From positions 6,446 through 70,445 of the forward strand of contig JBEGSW010000032.1 of the NCBI GenBank assembly GCA_041179705.1: a stretch of DNA of 64,000 nucleotides. Direction: 5' to 3'. Shown here in pieces: positions 48,485-56,759 of the stretch. The stretch is from Bacillota bacterium. GTDB lineage: Bacteria; Bacillota; Bacilli; Paenibacillales; JBEGSW01. Below the pieces are notes generated by a model. It made no database searches and was not told the DNA's origin. It was given only the letters and a program-made list of their open reading frames with translations. The first letter of the stretch is position 1, and every line of letters begins with the position of its first letter. The position numbers and the translations under genes were made by a program.

Positions 48485-49897
48485 TTATTCAGCTTCAGTT
48501 GCTTTTTTTGCACGAGTGGACTTTGGTTTAGGCGTTGCCTCTGTTTTTTCAGCTTTTGGCGCTGCTGCTTTTTTTGCTTTTGGTTCTTTTGCTACTTTTG
48601 GTTCTTTCGCAGCAGTTGCAGCTTTCGTCTTTGTTGCAGCTGCTTTTTTCGGTGCTTTCGCTTCTTTCGGTTGTTCTGCCGCCAATGCGCTCAACTTTGC
48701 GAATGCATCGCCAAATCGTTCACCTAATGTCATAGCAAGCGCTTCATTTTTCAAGAATGCAGGATCCACTTCATCTTCTTTCGATCTACGCGGACGATCT
48801 ACTTTCTCTTTCGCTTCAACAACTGGTGCTTCTTCTGTTTCTTTAATGCTCAAGGAAATACGTTGTTCTGCAACATTTACATCAAGAATTTTCACAGTCA
48901 CCACTTGGTTTTCTTTCAGTACTTCTTGTGGTGTAGCAATATGATTGTGGGAAATTTGTGAAATATGAACAAGACCTTCCACGCCAGCTGCGATTTCAAC
49001 AAATGCACCGAATGTTGTTAGACGTTTCACTGTACCTTCTAGGATTGCGCCTACTTTCAACGTGCTTTGTGCCAATTCCCAAGGACCTGGTTGAACGGCT
49101 TTCATACTTAAGCTGATTCGGTCATTTGCTGGATCAATCTTAATAACTTTAACCGTTACTACGTCTCCCTCACTTACAACGGCAGATGCTTCTTTCACAT
49201 GCTCCCAGGAAAGTTCAGAAATATGTACTAAGCCATCAACGCCACCTAAATCGACAAATGCACCGAAGTTCGCTAAACGTAAAACTGTGCCAGTCAATAC
49301 ATCATTCACTTTAATTTCAGCAAGGCGTTGTACTTTTTTCGCTGCAAACTCTTTTTCCAGAACATCTTTTTGGGAAAGAATCAATTTATTGTTTTCACGG
49401 TCGATTTCTTTGACAACAACGCGTAATGTCTTGCCTTTGTAGCCTGAGAAATCTTCAACAAACGTGCGTTCAACCATCGAGGATGGTACGAAGCCACGAA
49501 CACCAAGATCTACTACAAGACCGCCTTTCACAACTTCAGCGACTTGTACTTCGATTACTTCACCGTTTTCTAATTTAACTTGTAATTGCTCCCAAGCTTT
49601 TTCCCCATCAATTGCTCGCTTAGATAGGATTAATTGTTCTTTTGCATCATTCAAACTTACAACTTTACAAGTCACTTCAGTACCAACTTCAATGATGTCG
49701 GATGCTTTTTCTACAGCTAAAGAGGATAATTCGCGGACTGGAATTTGACCATCGTATTTGTATCCAATGTCTACAAATGCTGTGGAGTCATCAACTTTAA
49801 CTACCTTACCTGTTACGATACTGCCTGCTTTAATAGGGGCAAATTGTTCTAATTGCGCCTCCATTGTGTTCTCAACTGCTTTGTTTTCTTCTGTCAT
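48485..49897 (-). CDS. rpsA: 30S ribosomal protein S1 homologue (four S1 domains) with a Lys/Ala/Pro-rich C-terminal tail
   Basis: Repeated S1 OB-fold units (..G.V..G.V....FGAFV....G..GL.H.S....). The C-terminal tail of about 60 aa reads AKAPKKAAATKTKAATAAKEPKVAKEPKAKKAAAPKAEK. Confidence 0.9.
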   Translation of the reverse strand: MTEENKAVENTMEAQLEQFAPIKAGSIVTGKVVKVDDSTAFVDIGYKYDGQIPVRELSSLAVEKASDIIEVGTEVTCKVVSLNDAKEQLILSKRAIDGEKAWEQLQVKLENGEVIEVQVAEVVKGGLVVDLGVRGFVPSSMVERTFVEDFSGYKGKTLRVVVKEIDRENNKLILSQKDVLEKEFAAKKVQRLAEIKVNDVLTGTVLRLANFGAFVDLGGVDGLVHISELSWEHVKEASAVVSEGDVVTVKVIKIDPANDRISLSMKAVQPGPWELAQSTLKVGAILEGTVKRLTTFGAFVEIAAGVEGLVHISQISHNHIATPQEVLKENQVVTVKILDVNVAEQRISLSIKETEEAPVVEAKEKVDRPRRSKEDEVDPAFLKNEALAMTLGERFGDAFAKLSALAAEQPKEAKAPKKAAATKTKAATAAKEPKVAKEPKAKKAAAPKAEKTEATPKPKSTRAKKATEAE

Positions 49898-49931
49898 TTT
49901 TATTTCCTCCTTGGTATGTCTAACGTAAATG

Positions 49932-50501
49932 CTATTCTTCTTTTAGGCGATTTATGGCTTTCATAATTTCTGCTGTCACTTGTTCGGAACTATCCACCTC
50001 AGATTGTGATCGGAAGCCATCCATCTGGATAGGCTCACCATAGCGAATAATCATTGGTTTAAACAATGAATAATCCCCAATAATTGCCGCTGGTACAATA
50101 ACGGCTTCTGAGCGAAGCGCTAACACGGCAGCACCTTTCTTCGCAGGTCCTTTACTATTTCGGGTACCCTCTGGGAAAATCCCGATCATCTTACCTTCGG
50201 ATAACAAGTTTAAGGCATTACGAATGGACTCTTTACTTACGCCACCCCGCTTGACCGGGAATGCGCCGATTCTCGGAATGATCCATCCTAGTATTGGAAT
50301 CTTAAACAGCTCTTCCTTGGCCATATAGTAGATTTTCCGTTCAAATGGAGAACCTAGTAAAGGCGGATCAATATTACTAATATGATTACAACACATGATG
50401 ACAGGGCCAGATGCAGGAATGTGATGCAATCCCTCAGCTCGTAGGCGGAACAACACCGCAAACAGGATTCTCAAAATCACTCTAAAAAAAACATACATCA
50501 T
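49932..50501 (-). CDS. plsC: 1-acyl-sn-glycerol-3-phosphate acyltransferase
   Basis: NHxxxxD acyltransferase motif (CNHISNID) and FPEGTR. Overlaps the cmk end by 4 nt. Confidence 0.85.
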   Translation of the reverse strand: MMYVFFRVILRILFAVLFRLRAEGLHHIPASGPVIMCCNHISNIDPPLLGSPFERKIYYMAKEELFKIPILGWIIPRIGAFPVKRGGVSKESIRNALNLLSEGKMIGIFPEGTRNSKGPAKKGAAVLALRSEAVIVPAAIIGDYSLFKPMIIRYGEPIQMDGFRSQSEVDSSEQVTAEIMKAINRLKEE

Positions 50502-51199
50502 CTCCCCTCACCTCCATTGATAACATAGGATGAAAGGTTGAATAAATGATCGATTACTTGTTGCATATTCATACTCGTACTATCCACTTCGATAGCTCCA
50601 TTTGCAATAACTAGTGGAGAAAATGCACGATTCATATCTGCATAATCACGCGCGGCAATTTCTTTGATAAGTTGTTCGAATGGGATTTCATTGGCAGTGC
50701 CTTTGGTCTCTTCAAATCTTCTTCGAGCTCGCTCCTCAACACTAGCAGTTAAATAAATCTTCAAGGCAGCATCAGGTAAGACAGCACTCCCAATATCTCG
50801 TCCGTCCATGACAACACCTAAATTTTCTGCCATAAGTTGCTGCTGTCTCACTAAAAAACTACGGACTTCCTCATAACTTGCAATTTGAGATACATTTCGA
50901 CTGACTTCGGGCGTTCGAATGGGTTCCGTAATATCTTGCCCATTTAAAAATACCAATTGTTTCTCCGGTGTCACTTTGAATGTAATATCAACTTTGTTGA
51001 GACATTCTGCAATTTGTTCATGTTGATCGACAGCTAAGCCACCTTGGAGCACATAGTACGTTACAGCCCGATACATTGCGCCTGTATCGATGTAGATGTA
51101 CCCTAGGCGTTCTGCTAATCTACGAGCCACGCTACTCTTGCCCGCACCTGCTGGACCATCTATCGCAATATTTATTTTTTTAATGTTATTAATATTCAC
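50498..51199 (-). CDS. cmk: Cytidylate kinase
   Basis: ..IAIDGPAGAGKSS.A..LA..LG..YIDTGAMYRA.. GTG start after GGGAAGGA. Confidence 0.95.
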   Translation of the reverse strand: MNINNIKKINIAIDGPAGAGKSSVARRLAERLGYIYIDTGAMYRAVTYYVLQGGLAVDQHEQIAECLNKVDITFKVTPEKQLVFLNGQDITEPIRTPEVSRNVSQIASYEEVRSFLVRQQQLMAENLGVVMDGRDIGSAVLPDAALKIYLTASVEERARRRFEETKGTANEIPFEQLIKEIAARDYADMNRAFSPLVIANGAIEVDSTSMNMQQVIDHLFNLSSYVINGGEGR

Positions 51200-51245
51200 G
51201 ATAATTGTCCTTCCCAGCTAAAAGCGACCTGTAGTTATACTCATG

Positions 51246-51267
51246 AAAAAAGCAGGCAATGCCTGCT
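51246..51267 (-). terminator. Terminator downstream of ypeB
   Basis: Stem AGCAGGC/GCCUGCU followed by UUUUUU on the minus strand. Confidence 0.7.
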
Positions 51268-51316
51268 CAATAGGAAAATTATAACACAGCCTTTCATTGA
51301 TTGTAAATTTACATCC

Positions 51317-52654
51317 TTAATCTGGAATCCGTTCTAATTTCTCCTCTTCTCCGTTCGATGCGTTCATATACAACCTGAAATTCGCGTGATCCATTTGGCC
51401 AATAAATTCATAACAGAGTGTTTCAATGTTCTTTTGGTTCAATATTGTTACAAGCCGCGTCGACTTCACACGAAATGCAGGCTCTAAGTGTGTTTGTGCT
51501 TCAGTTAGCGTTAGTTTAGGGCTCATTGATATATTTTGATGTTTCGCATAGACAAAGTCAGTTGCTTGTATCCCGATTACTTGTCCATTATCCATCGCGA
51601 CCCGTATCGTTATTTTGTGAGGGTAATGCAAGACACCGTCACGATACTCTGCGAAAGTAATCATACTAATGCCGTCATAACGATCTTGTGCAATCGGCAG
51701 CATGCTTGGGAATTTCCAGTCGTCTAACCATTGTTTTGCCTCATATACAGCTTGACTTGAATTGATTTGAATTTTACCAATTGATCGTTCCTTCGTAAAC
51801 CAAAGTAACTCACCACCAGCACGACTAAAATCACCCTGGACGCGTTGATTATTTTCGTCTTTCCCGCTGATGTGATAGGACTTAAAGTATTTTCCTTTCC
51901 CGTTCGGTAATATCTTAACGTTGAAATTTGTATTCAAATTCAATTTACGAATCGCAATTTCACGAATTTGTTGTTCTGTCTTTGGATGAAGTGGTAATGG
52001 TTCTTCGATTGATTGTGATACCGTTCCAGTAATCGTTGGTCCCCAATCGAGTTCTTTGTACTGGCTAACCCGTTGATTTAATGAATTAAATCCATCCATG
52101 ATTGGATTTTCTTTCAGTTTGGTATCCGAGGCGAGCCCATATTCTGCATCTGTCCATTTTAACTTTTGATTAATCACATTTTCTCTAAGTTTACCTAAAT
52201 CTGTCGATAGTTGTTTCGCATAAAGATATAGTTCCTGCACGCGTTTTTTGTCAGCACTCGATAATGGCTCTTTATCGTAGTTCCTAAGCGCTAATTGATA
52301 AGTGAATTTATTTAAATTACTCAAAAATTGTTCGGTTTGTTGAAATGGCAGCATCACAAGTGGTAATTGATTAATTTCATTTTGCGCATCGCTCGTTAAT
52401 CTGGATATCGTGATTAGATTTTCCCGATGAAAGGAGCCTGATTTCGCGTCAATCGCTAATCCATTGCCCAGCTGCGTTTGAATTTGTTCGAGATGATAAA
52501 CCAAATCGTGAAATGCACGTTGGTATTGGTTTTCCGCTTTGATTGTGATTTTATCTTTTTGTTCTGCTTGCTGGCCTCCCCATTGTATGGAAAAAATTAA
52601 AGCTAATACTGCAACAGGGAACAAAACGGCGCTCCAACGACTATACACACCCAT
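51317..52654 (-). CDS. ypeB: Spore germination protein YpeB
   Basis: N-terminal TM helix, the ..AENQYQRAFHDLVYH.. block shared with B. subtilis YpeB, and C-terminal PepSY repeats. Confidence 0.9.
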   Translation of the reverse strand: MGVYSRWSAVLFPVAVLALIFSIQWGGQQAEQKDKITIKAENQYQRAFHDLVYHLEQIQTQLGNGLAIDAKSGSFHRENLITISRLTSDAQNEINQLPLVMLPFQQTEQFLSNLNKFTYQLALRNYDKEPLSSADKKRVQELYLYAKQLSTDLGKLRENVINQKLKWTDAEYGLASDTKLKENPIMDGFNSLNQRVSQYKELDWGPTITGTVSQSIEEPLPLHPKTEQQIREIAIRKLNLNTNFNVKILPNGKGKYFKSYHISGKDENNQRVQGDFSRAGGELLWFTKERSIGKIQINSSQAVYEAKQWLDDWKFPSMLPIAQDRYDGISMITFAEYRDGVLHYPHKITIRVAMDNGQVIGIQATDFVYAKHQNISMSPKLTLTEAQTHLEPAFRVKSTRLVTILNQKNIETLCYEFIGQMDHANFRLYMNASNGEEEKLERIPD

Positions 52655-52725
52655 CACTTCTCCTCTTTGTTCGTGATAGGTTCAGTTTCTGTGATTCCTC
52701 AACGCTTTATGCATAATAGCTAAAC

Positions 52726-52758
52726 AAAAAACACCTTCCTGCTTGGGCAGGAAGGTGT
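52726..52758 (-). terminator. Terminator downstream of the MecA-family gene
   Basis: Perfect 12-bp stem ACACCUUCCUGC/GCAGGAAGGUGU followed by UUUUUU on the minus strand. Confidence 0.8.
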
Positions 52759-52772
52759 TACTCGTTCGATTA

Positions 52773-53360
52773 TTAAAAATATCTGCAAATGGTTTCAACA
52801 GCTAGTTCAGGCATAACAACTTTCCCATATTCCTCAAGTACTTCTGGTGTTACAGGACTAACTTCAGCAAATTCGGACAACAATGCTACAATCCGATTGG
52901 CTTGTACATCATTCATCTCATCTGAGTCAATCTGTAATATATAAACACCCTTATAATTGTAAAGTCGACCACCTTTGAAAAATGGCAACAATGATTCAGC
53001 GGCTAAAACAAGTTCATCGAACTCATTAAACGCATACGAAATCATATCTGTCTGTTCAATGGTTAATTCTACTTCGTAAACGTCATCAGAATCATAATCA
53101 TCATCAAGTTGAATCATCCCTTTGCCGCGTGTAACTACGACAATCATACCTTGTGCGGGTGTGGAGAACACCTCGACTGCAAGAGGTCCTGATGCATCAA
53201 AACCAACTTCCGTATACGCTTGATCCATCATTTCACTAAATAATTCATGAACTTTAGGAATTTCTCTCCACATGTCATCTTTCTGAATACCTCTCTCGGA
53301 TAAATCATCAAATGTGAGGAAAATCCTAATCTTGTCGTGATTCAATCTTTCAATTTTCAT
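52773..53360 (-). CDS. mecB: MecA-family ClpC adapter protein (short paralogue, MecB/YpbH-like)
   Basis: MKIERLNHDKIRIFLTFDDLSERGI.. is a typical MecA N-terminus. At 195 aa it matches the YpbH paralogue in size. Confidence 0.85.
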   Translation of the reverse strand: MKIERLNHDKIRIFLTFDDLSERGIQKDDMWREIPKVHELFSEMMDQAYTEVGFDASGPLAVEVFSTPAQGMIVVVTRGKGMIQLDDDYDSDDVYEVELTIEQTDMISYAFNEFDELVLAAESLLPFFKGGRLYNYKGVYILQIDSDEMNDVQANRIVALLSEFAEVSPVTPEVLEEYGKVVMPELAVETICRYF

Positions 53361-53516
53361 TAACAGGATCCTCCCTTCGTGATTCGCACATGATTCGCAT
53401 GATCCAGGATATTAGTCATGGTATGAACGAGAACAAAAAGTTGTGAAAACCCGGCGTGTTCGCCTGACTAAATGGTACCATTTCTTAAACCAAAAATCTA
53501 TACGAACAAAAGATGG

Positions 53517-53560
53517 CGATTCAGGAATTCCACCCGAACCGCCATCTTTTGGGATAAATA
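53517..53560. terminator. Hairpin terminator after the 66-aa gene
   Basis: Stem AAAGAUGGCG/CGCCAUCUUU with a 21-nt loop, flanked by A/T runs. Confidence 0.6.
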
Positions 53561-53761
53561 TTAAATAACTGGAATGTGATTTTCTTCAGCTATCTTATTT
53601 ACTTCTTGTTGTACTTCCGGATTTTTTTGAATCATGCTTTTCAATGTATCCTGTCCAATTGAATTCGACAAACTAAATGGCAATGCCTTCGAATTTCTGG
53701 ACCAATAAGACATGGCAACAGCACCAACTAATGTACCCATTACAAAAGTCATCGTTCTCAT
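53561..53761 (-). CDS. Small hypothetical membrane-anchored protein (66 aa)
   Basis: AAAGGAGG RBS before the ATG at 53761, one N-terminal TM helix, and a terminator directly downstream. The family was not recognised. Confidence 0.35.
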   Translation of the reverse strand: MRTMTFVMGTLVGAVAMSYWSRNSKALPFSLSNSIGQDTLKSMIQKNPEVQQEVNKIAEENHIPVI

Positions 53762-53887
53762 CGATACGCCTCCTTTGGACAACTCTAATTACGTTCCCTA
53801 TTTTGTTCAATATTCCATGGTTTGATACTTTATAATTCATGGAAATCAAACTAAAATGGATATAATACATCTAAAAGGAGCTGCGCA

Positions 53888-54712
53888 ATGAAGCCTTTTC
53901 AAACACTTGCACTTATTGTATCGCTAACAATTGTAACCGTGGCTTGTTCAAATGCTCAGACTGAGCGTGAATCCGAAAAAATCACTGGTGGGAAAACAAA
54001 ATCTGTGACGCCATCACCCTCTGTTCAAGCAACTTCCAATCCTGAACCAGCTGAAAACGCTCCTGCTCCAGTGGCAATTAAATACAAAATGAAAGCCAAT
54101 TATGATATTGTCCCAATCAATCCTGAGAAAGATACGAACAAGGTGGTTCTGTTGACATTTGATGACGGACCTAAAGAGCTGGCAATGATTGATTCCATGT
54201 TACAAACACTCAAAAAATACAATGCCAAAGCAATATTCTTCGTTAATGGGTATCGCGTCAAAGCCCAGCCTGGTCTATTGACGAAACTTCACGATGCTGG
54301 ACAAACCATCGGTAATCATTCCTATGATCACATTGCACTTGGCAAAGAGAACGCGACTGTCATTGAACAACAAATCACCAGTGTGCAATCTCAAATCAAA
54401 AGTTTAATCGGAGAAACCCCTCGCTTCTTCCGCCCTCCGTTCGCTTCTTCGAATGAGGATGTGCGACGGATTTGTCGAGAGCAAGACTTGTTGTTCATGA
54501 CGTGGTCGAATGGTTCATTAGATTGGGATAGTCAAAATCAATCACCTGAATCTGTGGTCAAAAATGTAATGGAACAACTTCACCCCGGAAGTAATATTTT
54601 AATGCATGAACTGCAATGGACTGTGGATGGATTAGACAAATTATTAAGTGAACTTTCTAAGGCTGGTTATACATTTGTTGATCCTAAAGAATTAGCATCA
54701 GAACCTATCTAA
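53888..54712 (+). CDS. Polysaccharide (peptidoglycan) deacetylase lipoprotein, NodB domain
   Basis: Lipobox TVAC, NodB motifs ..LLTFDDGP.. / ..HSYDH.. / ..FRPPF.., and an AAAAGGAG RBS. Confidence 0.85.
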   Translation: MKPFQTLALIVSLTIVTVACSNAQTERESEKITGGKTKSVTPSPSVQATSNPEPAENAPAPVAIKYKMKANYDIVPINPEKDTNKVVLLTFDDGPKELAMIDSMLQTLKKYNAKAIFFVNGYRVKAQPGLLTKLHDAGQTIGNHSYDHIALGKENATVIEQQITSVQSQIKSLIGETPRFFRPPFASSNEDVRRICREQDLLFMTWSNGSLDWDSQNQSPESVVKNVMEQLHPGSNILMHELQWTVDGLDKLLSELSKAGYTFVDPKELASEPI

Positions 54713-54714
54713 AC

Positions 54715-54867
54715 CTAATTGTAATTGACCAAACCGATGATGATTAATATTAGTGTTAATAGAATAAATAAACCGACCAAAAACTGAAAAAATATAATTG
54801 TCCATCTCCCCCGCTGTTTGCGAACTTTGCGCAGCGGGGTTTGTTCATCAGTATGTGAATTTTCCAT
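54715..54867 (-). CDS. Possible 50-aa tail-anchored membrane peptide
   Basis: Basic N-terminus plus one TM helix, with a weak GGAG 11 nt upstream of the ATG at 54867. The rest of the 131-aa ORF in the track overlaps the serA promoter/leader and looks non-coding. Confidence 0.3.
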   Translation of the reverse strand: MENSHTDEQTPLRKVRKQRGRWTIIFFQFLVGLFILLTLILIIIGLVNYN

Positions 54868-54921
54868 GACATCTATCACTCCAAATGCAGTGTTTTTATC
54901 GCTATTATACATCGCTGAGAG

Positions 54922-54951
54922 TTGACAATAAATGCTACAAAATGATAAATT
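54922..54951 (+). promoter_or_regulatory. Candidate sigmaA promoter of serA
   Basis: TTGACA-18 nt-TAAATT with a TGn extended -10 element (or 17 nt-ATAAAT). Confidence 0.5.
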
Positions 54952-54999
54952 ACTAACGAAGAATGATATCGGCCAACAGGAGTTATACTTCGTAATCAG

Positions 55000-55050
55000 A
55001 ACTCTCGTCCACACATACGCGAGACGTATGAAGGACAGGGAGTTTTTTTT
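55000..55050 (+). terminator. Intrinsic terminator inside the serA leader (candidate attenuator)
   Basis: AACUCUCGUCC ..(inner hairpin CAUACG-CGAGA-CGUAUG).. GGAC(A)GGGAGUU followed by UUUUUU. It lies 31 nt upstream of the serA ATG. Confidence 0.6.
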
Positions 55051-55081
55051 AATTTTGAATATATTCGAGGAGGAAGAAACC

Positions 55082-56668
55082 ATGTTTAAAGTATTAATTT
55101 CGGATCCCATTAGTGATATGGGGATTCAGCAATTGACTGACGCTGCAGATGTAACTGTAGAGAAAAAGACAGGTTTATCTGAAGACGAGCTCGTTGCAAT
55201 TATTGGTGATTATGATGCATTACTTGTACGTAGCCAGACGAAAGTTACAAAGCGCATTATGGAAGCTGGTACAAAGTTAAAAGCGATCGGCCGTGCTGGT
55301 GTTGGCGTTGATAATATCGACTTGGATGCTGCGACGCAATCAGGTATTGTTGTCATCAATGCACCGGATGGTAACACAATTTCTACATGTGAGCATGCAT
55401 TCGCGATGATGATGGCTGTAGCTCGTCATATTCCTCAAGCTTACAAAAAGACAATCGGCGGAGAATGGGACCGCAAATCCTTCGTTGGTGTTGAACTTCG
55501 CAATAAAGTTCTTGGCGTTGTTGGTATGGGACGAATTGGTTCTGAAGTAGCGAAGCGCGCTAAAGCATTTGGCATGGACATTATCGGTTATGACCCGTTC
55601 TTGACACCTGAACGTGCTGAAAAGATGGGGATTACGTTAGGTTCTGTTAATGACATTGCTGAAAAAGCAGACTTCATTACAGTTCATACCCCTTTAACTA
55701 AAGAGACTAAACATATTATCGGTCCTGCTCAATTCGCTATCATGAAAAAAGGCATGCGCATCGTGAACTGTGCACGTGGTGGAATCATTGATGAGTTAGC
55801 ACTTGTTGATGCAGTTAATAATGGTACAGTTGCTGGTGCAGCGTTTGACGTATTTGAAGTTGAACCGCCTGCAGCAGATCATCCGTTCTTAAACAACCCT
55901 AAGATTATTGTTGTTCCACATTTAGGTGCGAGCACAATCGAAGCACAGGAAAATGTAGCAATTGACGTTTCCGAAGAACTTCTTCACATTCTTCGTAACG
56001 AGCCATTTAAGAATGCAGTAAATATGCCTCCTGTACCTGCTGATGTGTTGTCTAAGTTACAACCATACTTTGGTCTCGGTGATCAAATGGGTCAATTCGT
56101 TGCCCAAATGGCAAACACAGGAATCGAAGAAATTACAATTAATTTCTCTGGTGAATTAGCTGATGTAGATACAGCTCCACTTGCACGTTATATTGTAAAG
56201 GGTGCTTTGACACCATTCATGGGTTCTGAGGTAAACATCGTAAACTCCTTGCTTGTTGCAAAGTCCAAAGAAGTTAATGTTGTTCGTCAAACATCTTCTG
56301 CTACGAAGGGCTTCACAAATTTAATTACTGTTTCCGTTAAATCTGGGAAAGTACAACATTCCGTAGCTGGTACATTATTAACTGGATATGGCCCTCGCAT
56401 TGTTCAAATCGATGAATACCCAGTAGATATTCAACCAGAAGGTAACATTTTATTAATTTCTCATACAGATAAGCCAGGTATCATTGGCCGTCTTGGAACG
56501 CTTCTTGGCTCTAATGACGTGAACATTGCTACCATGCAAGTTGGTCGTCAAGTAGTTGGTGGGTCCGCAGTCATGGTATTGGGTATTGATAAATCGGCTC
56601 CTGCTGAAGTGATTGATGCAATCGCGAAGTTAGAAGATCTTACTAGCGTTAAAGAAATTACACTTTAA
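55082..56668 (+). CDS. serA: D-3-phosphoglycerate dehydrogenase (long form with ASB and ACT domains)
   Basis: MFKVLISDPIS.., NAD motif GVVGMGRIGSEVA, catalytic R/E/H, and a C-terminal ACT domain. GAGGAGG RBS before the ATG at 55082. Confidence 0.95.
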   Translation: MFKVLISDPISDMGIQQLTDAADVTVEKKTGLSEDELVAIIGDYDALLVRSQTKVTKRIMEAGTKLKAIGRAGVGVDNIDLDAATQSGIVVINAPDGNTISTCEHAFAMMMAVARHIPQAYKKTIGGEWDRKSFVGVELRNKVLGVVGMGRIGSEVAKRAKAFGMDIIGYDPFLTPERAEKMGITLGSVNDIAEKADFITVHTPLTKETKHIIGPAQFAIMKKGMRIVNCARGGIIDELALVDAVNNGTVAGAAFDVFEVEPPAADHPFLNNPKIIVVPHLGASTIEAQENVAIDVSEELLHILRNEPFKNAVNMPPVPADVLSKLQPYFGLGDQMGQFVAQMANTGIEEITINFSGELADVDTAPLARYIVKGALTPFMGSEVNIVNSLLVAKSKEVNVVRQTSSATKGFTNLITVSVKSGKVQHSVAGTLLTGYGPRIVQIDEYPVDIQPEGNILLISHTDKPGIIGRLGTLLGSNDVNIATMQVGRQVVGGSAVMVLGIDKSAPAEVIDAIAKLEDLTSVKEITL

Positions 56669-56706
56669 TGTTCCACATACAACAATATAATTGTTGAAAA
56701 TATTAC

Positions 56707-56746
56707 AAAAAACGTCCTGGTCATTGAAAGACCGGGACGTTTTTTG
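56707..56746. terminator. Bidirectional terminator between convergent serA and resE
   Basis: 12-bp stem AACGTCCTGGTC/GACCGGGACGTT (one wobble pair), flanked by A6 and T6. Confidence 0.85.
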
Positions 56747-56759
56747 TTTCGAATCATGT

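Noticed and set aside
48516-48944. These are a 142-aa plus-strand ORF and the 66-aa ORF at 48535-48735, both antisense to the rpsA 3' end.
   Set aside because: They are low-complexity Ala/Phe/Ser-rich shadows of the Lys/Ala-rich tail coding sequence, with no RBS and no independent signal.
53783-53887. A sigmaG-like element (GATAC-N18-CAAACTA) lies upstream of the polysaccharide deacetylase gene.
   Set aside because: It is a weak, degenerate match, and alternative sigmaA-like hexamers are present. I did not report it as a feature.
54932-55081. The six-frame track extends serA upstream by 50 codons, starting at 54932.
   Set aside because: The extension covers the -10 region, the leader hairpins and the U8 terminator and has no RBS. 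The ATG at 55082 has a perfect GAGGAGG RBS and gives the canonical MFKVLISD N-terminus.
54868-55110. This is the N-terminal two thirds of the 131-aa minus-strand ORF 54715-55110.
   Set aside because: It overlaps the serA promoter, leader and start, and its composition is unremarkable. Only the last 50 codons (54715-54867) resemble a real membrane peptide, and even that call is weak.
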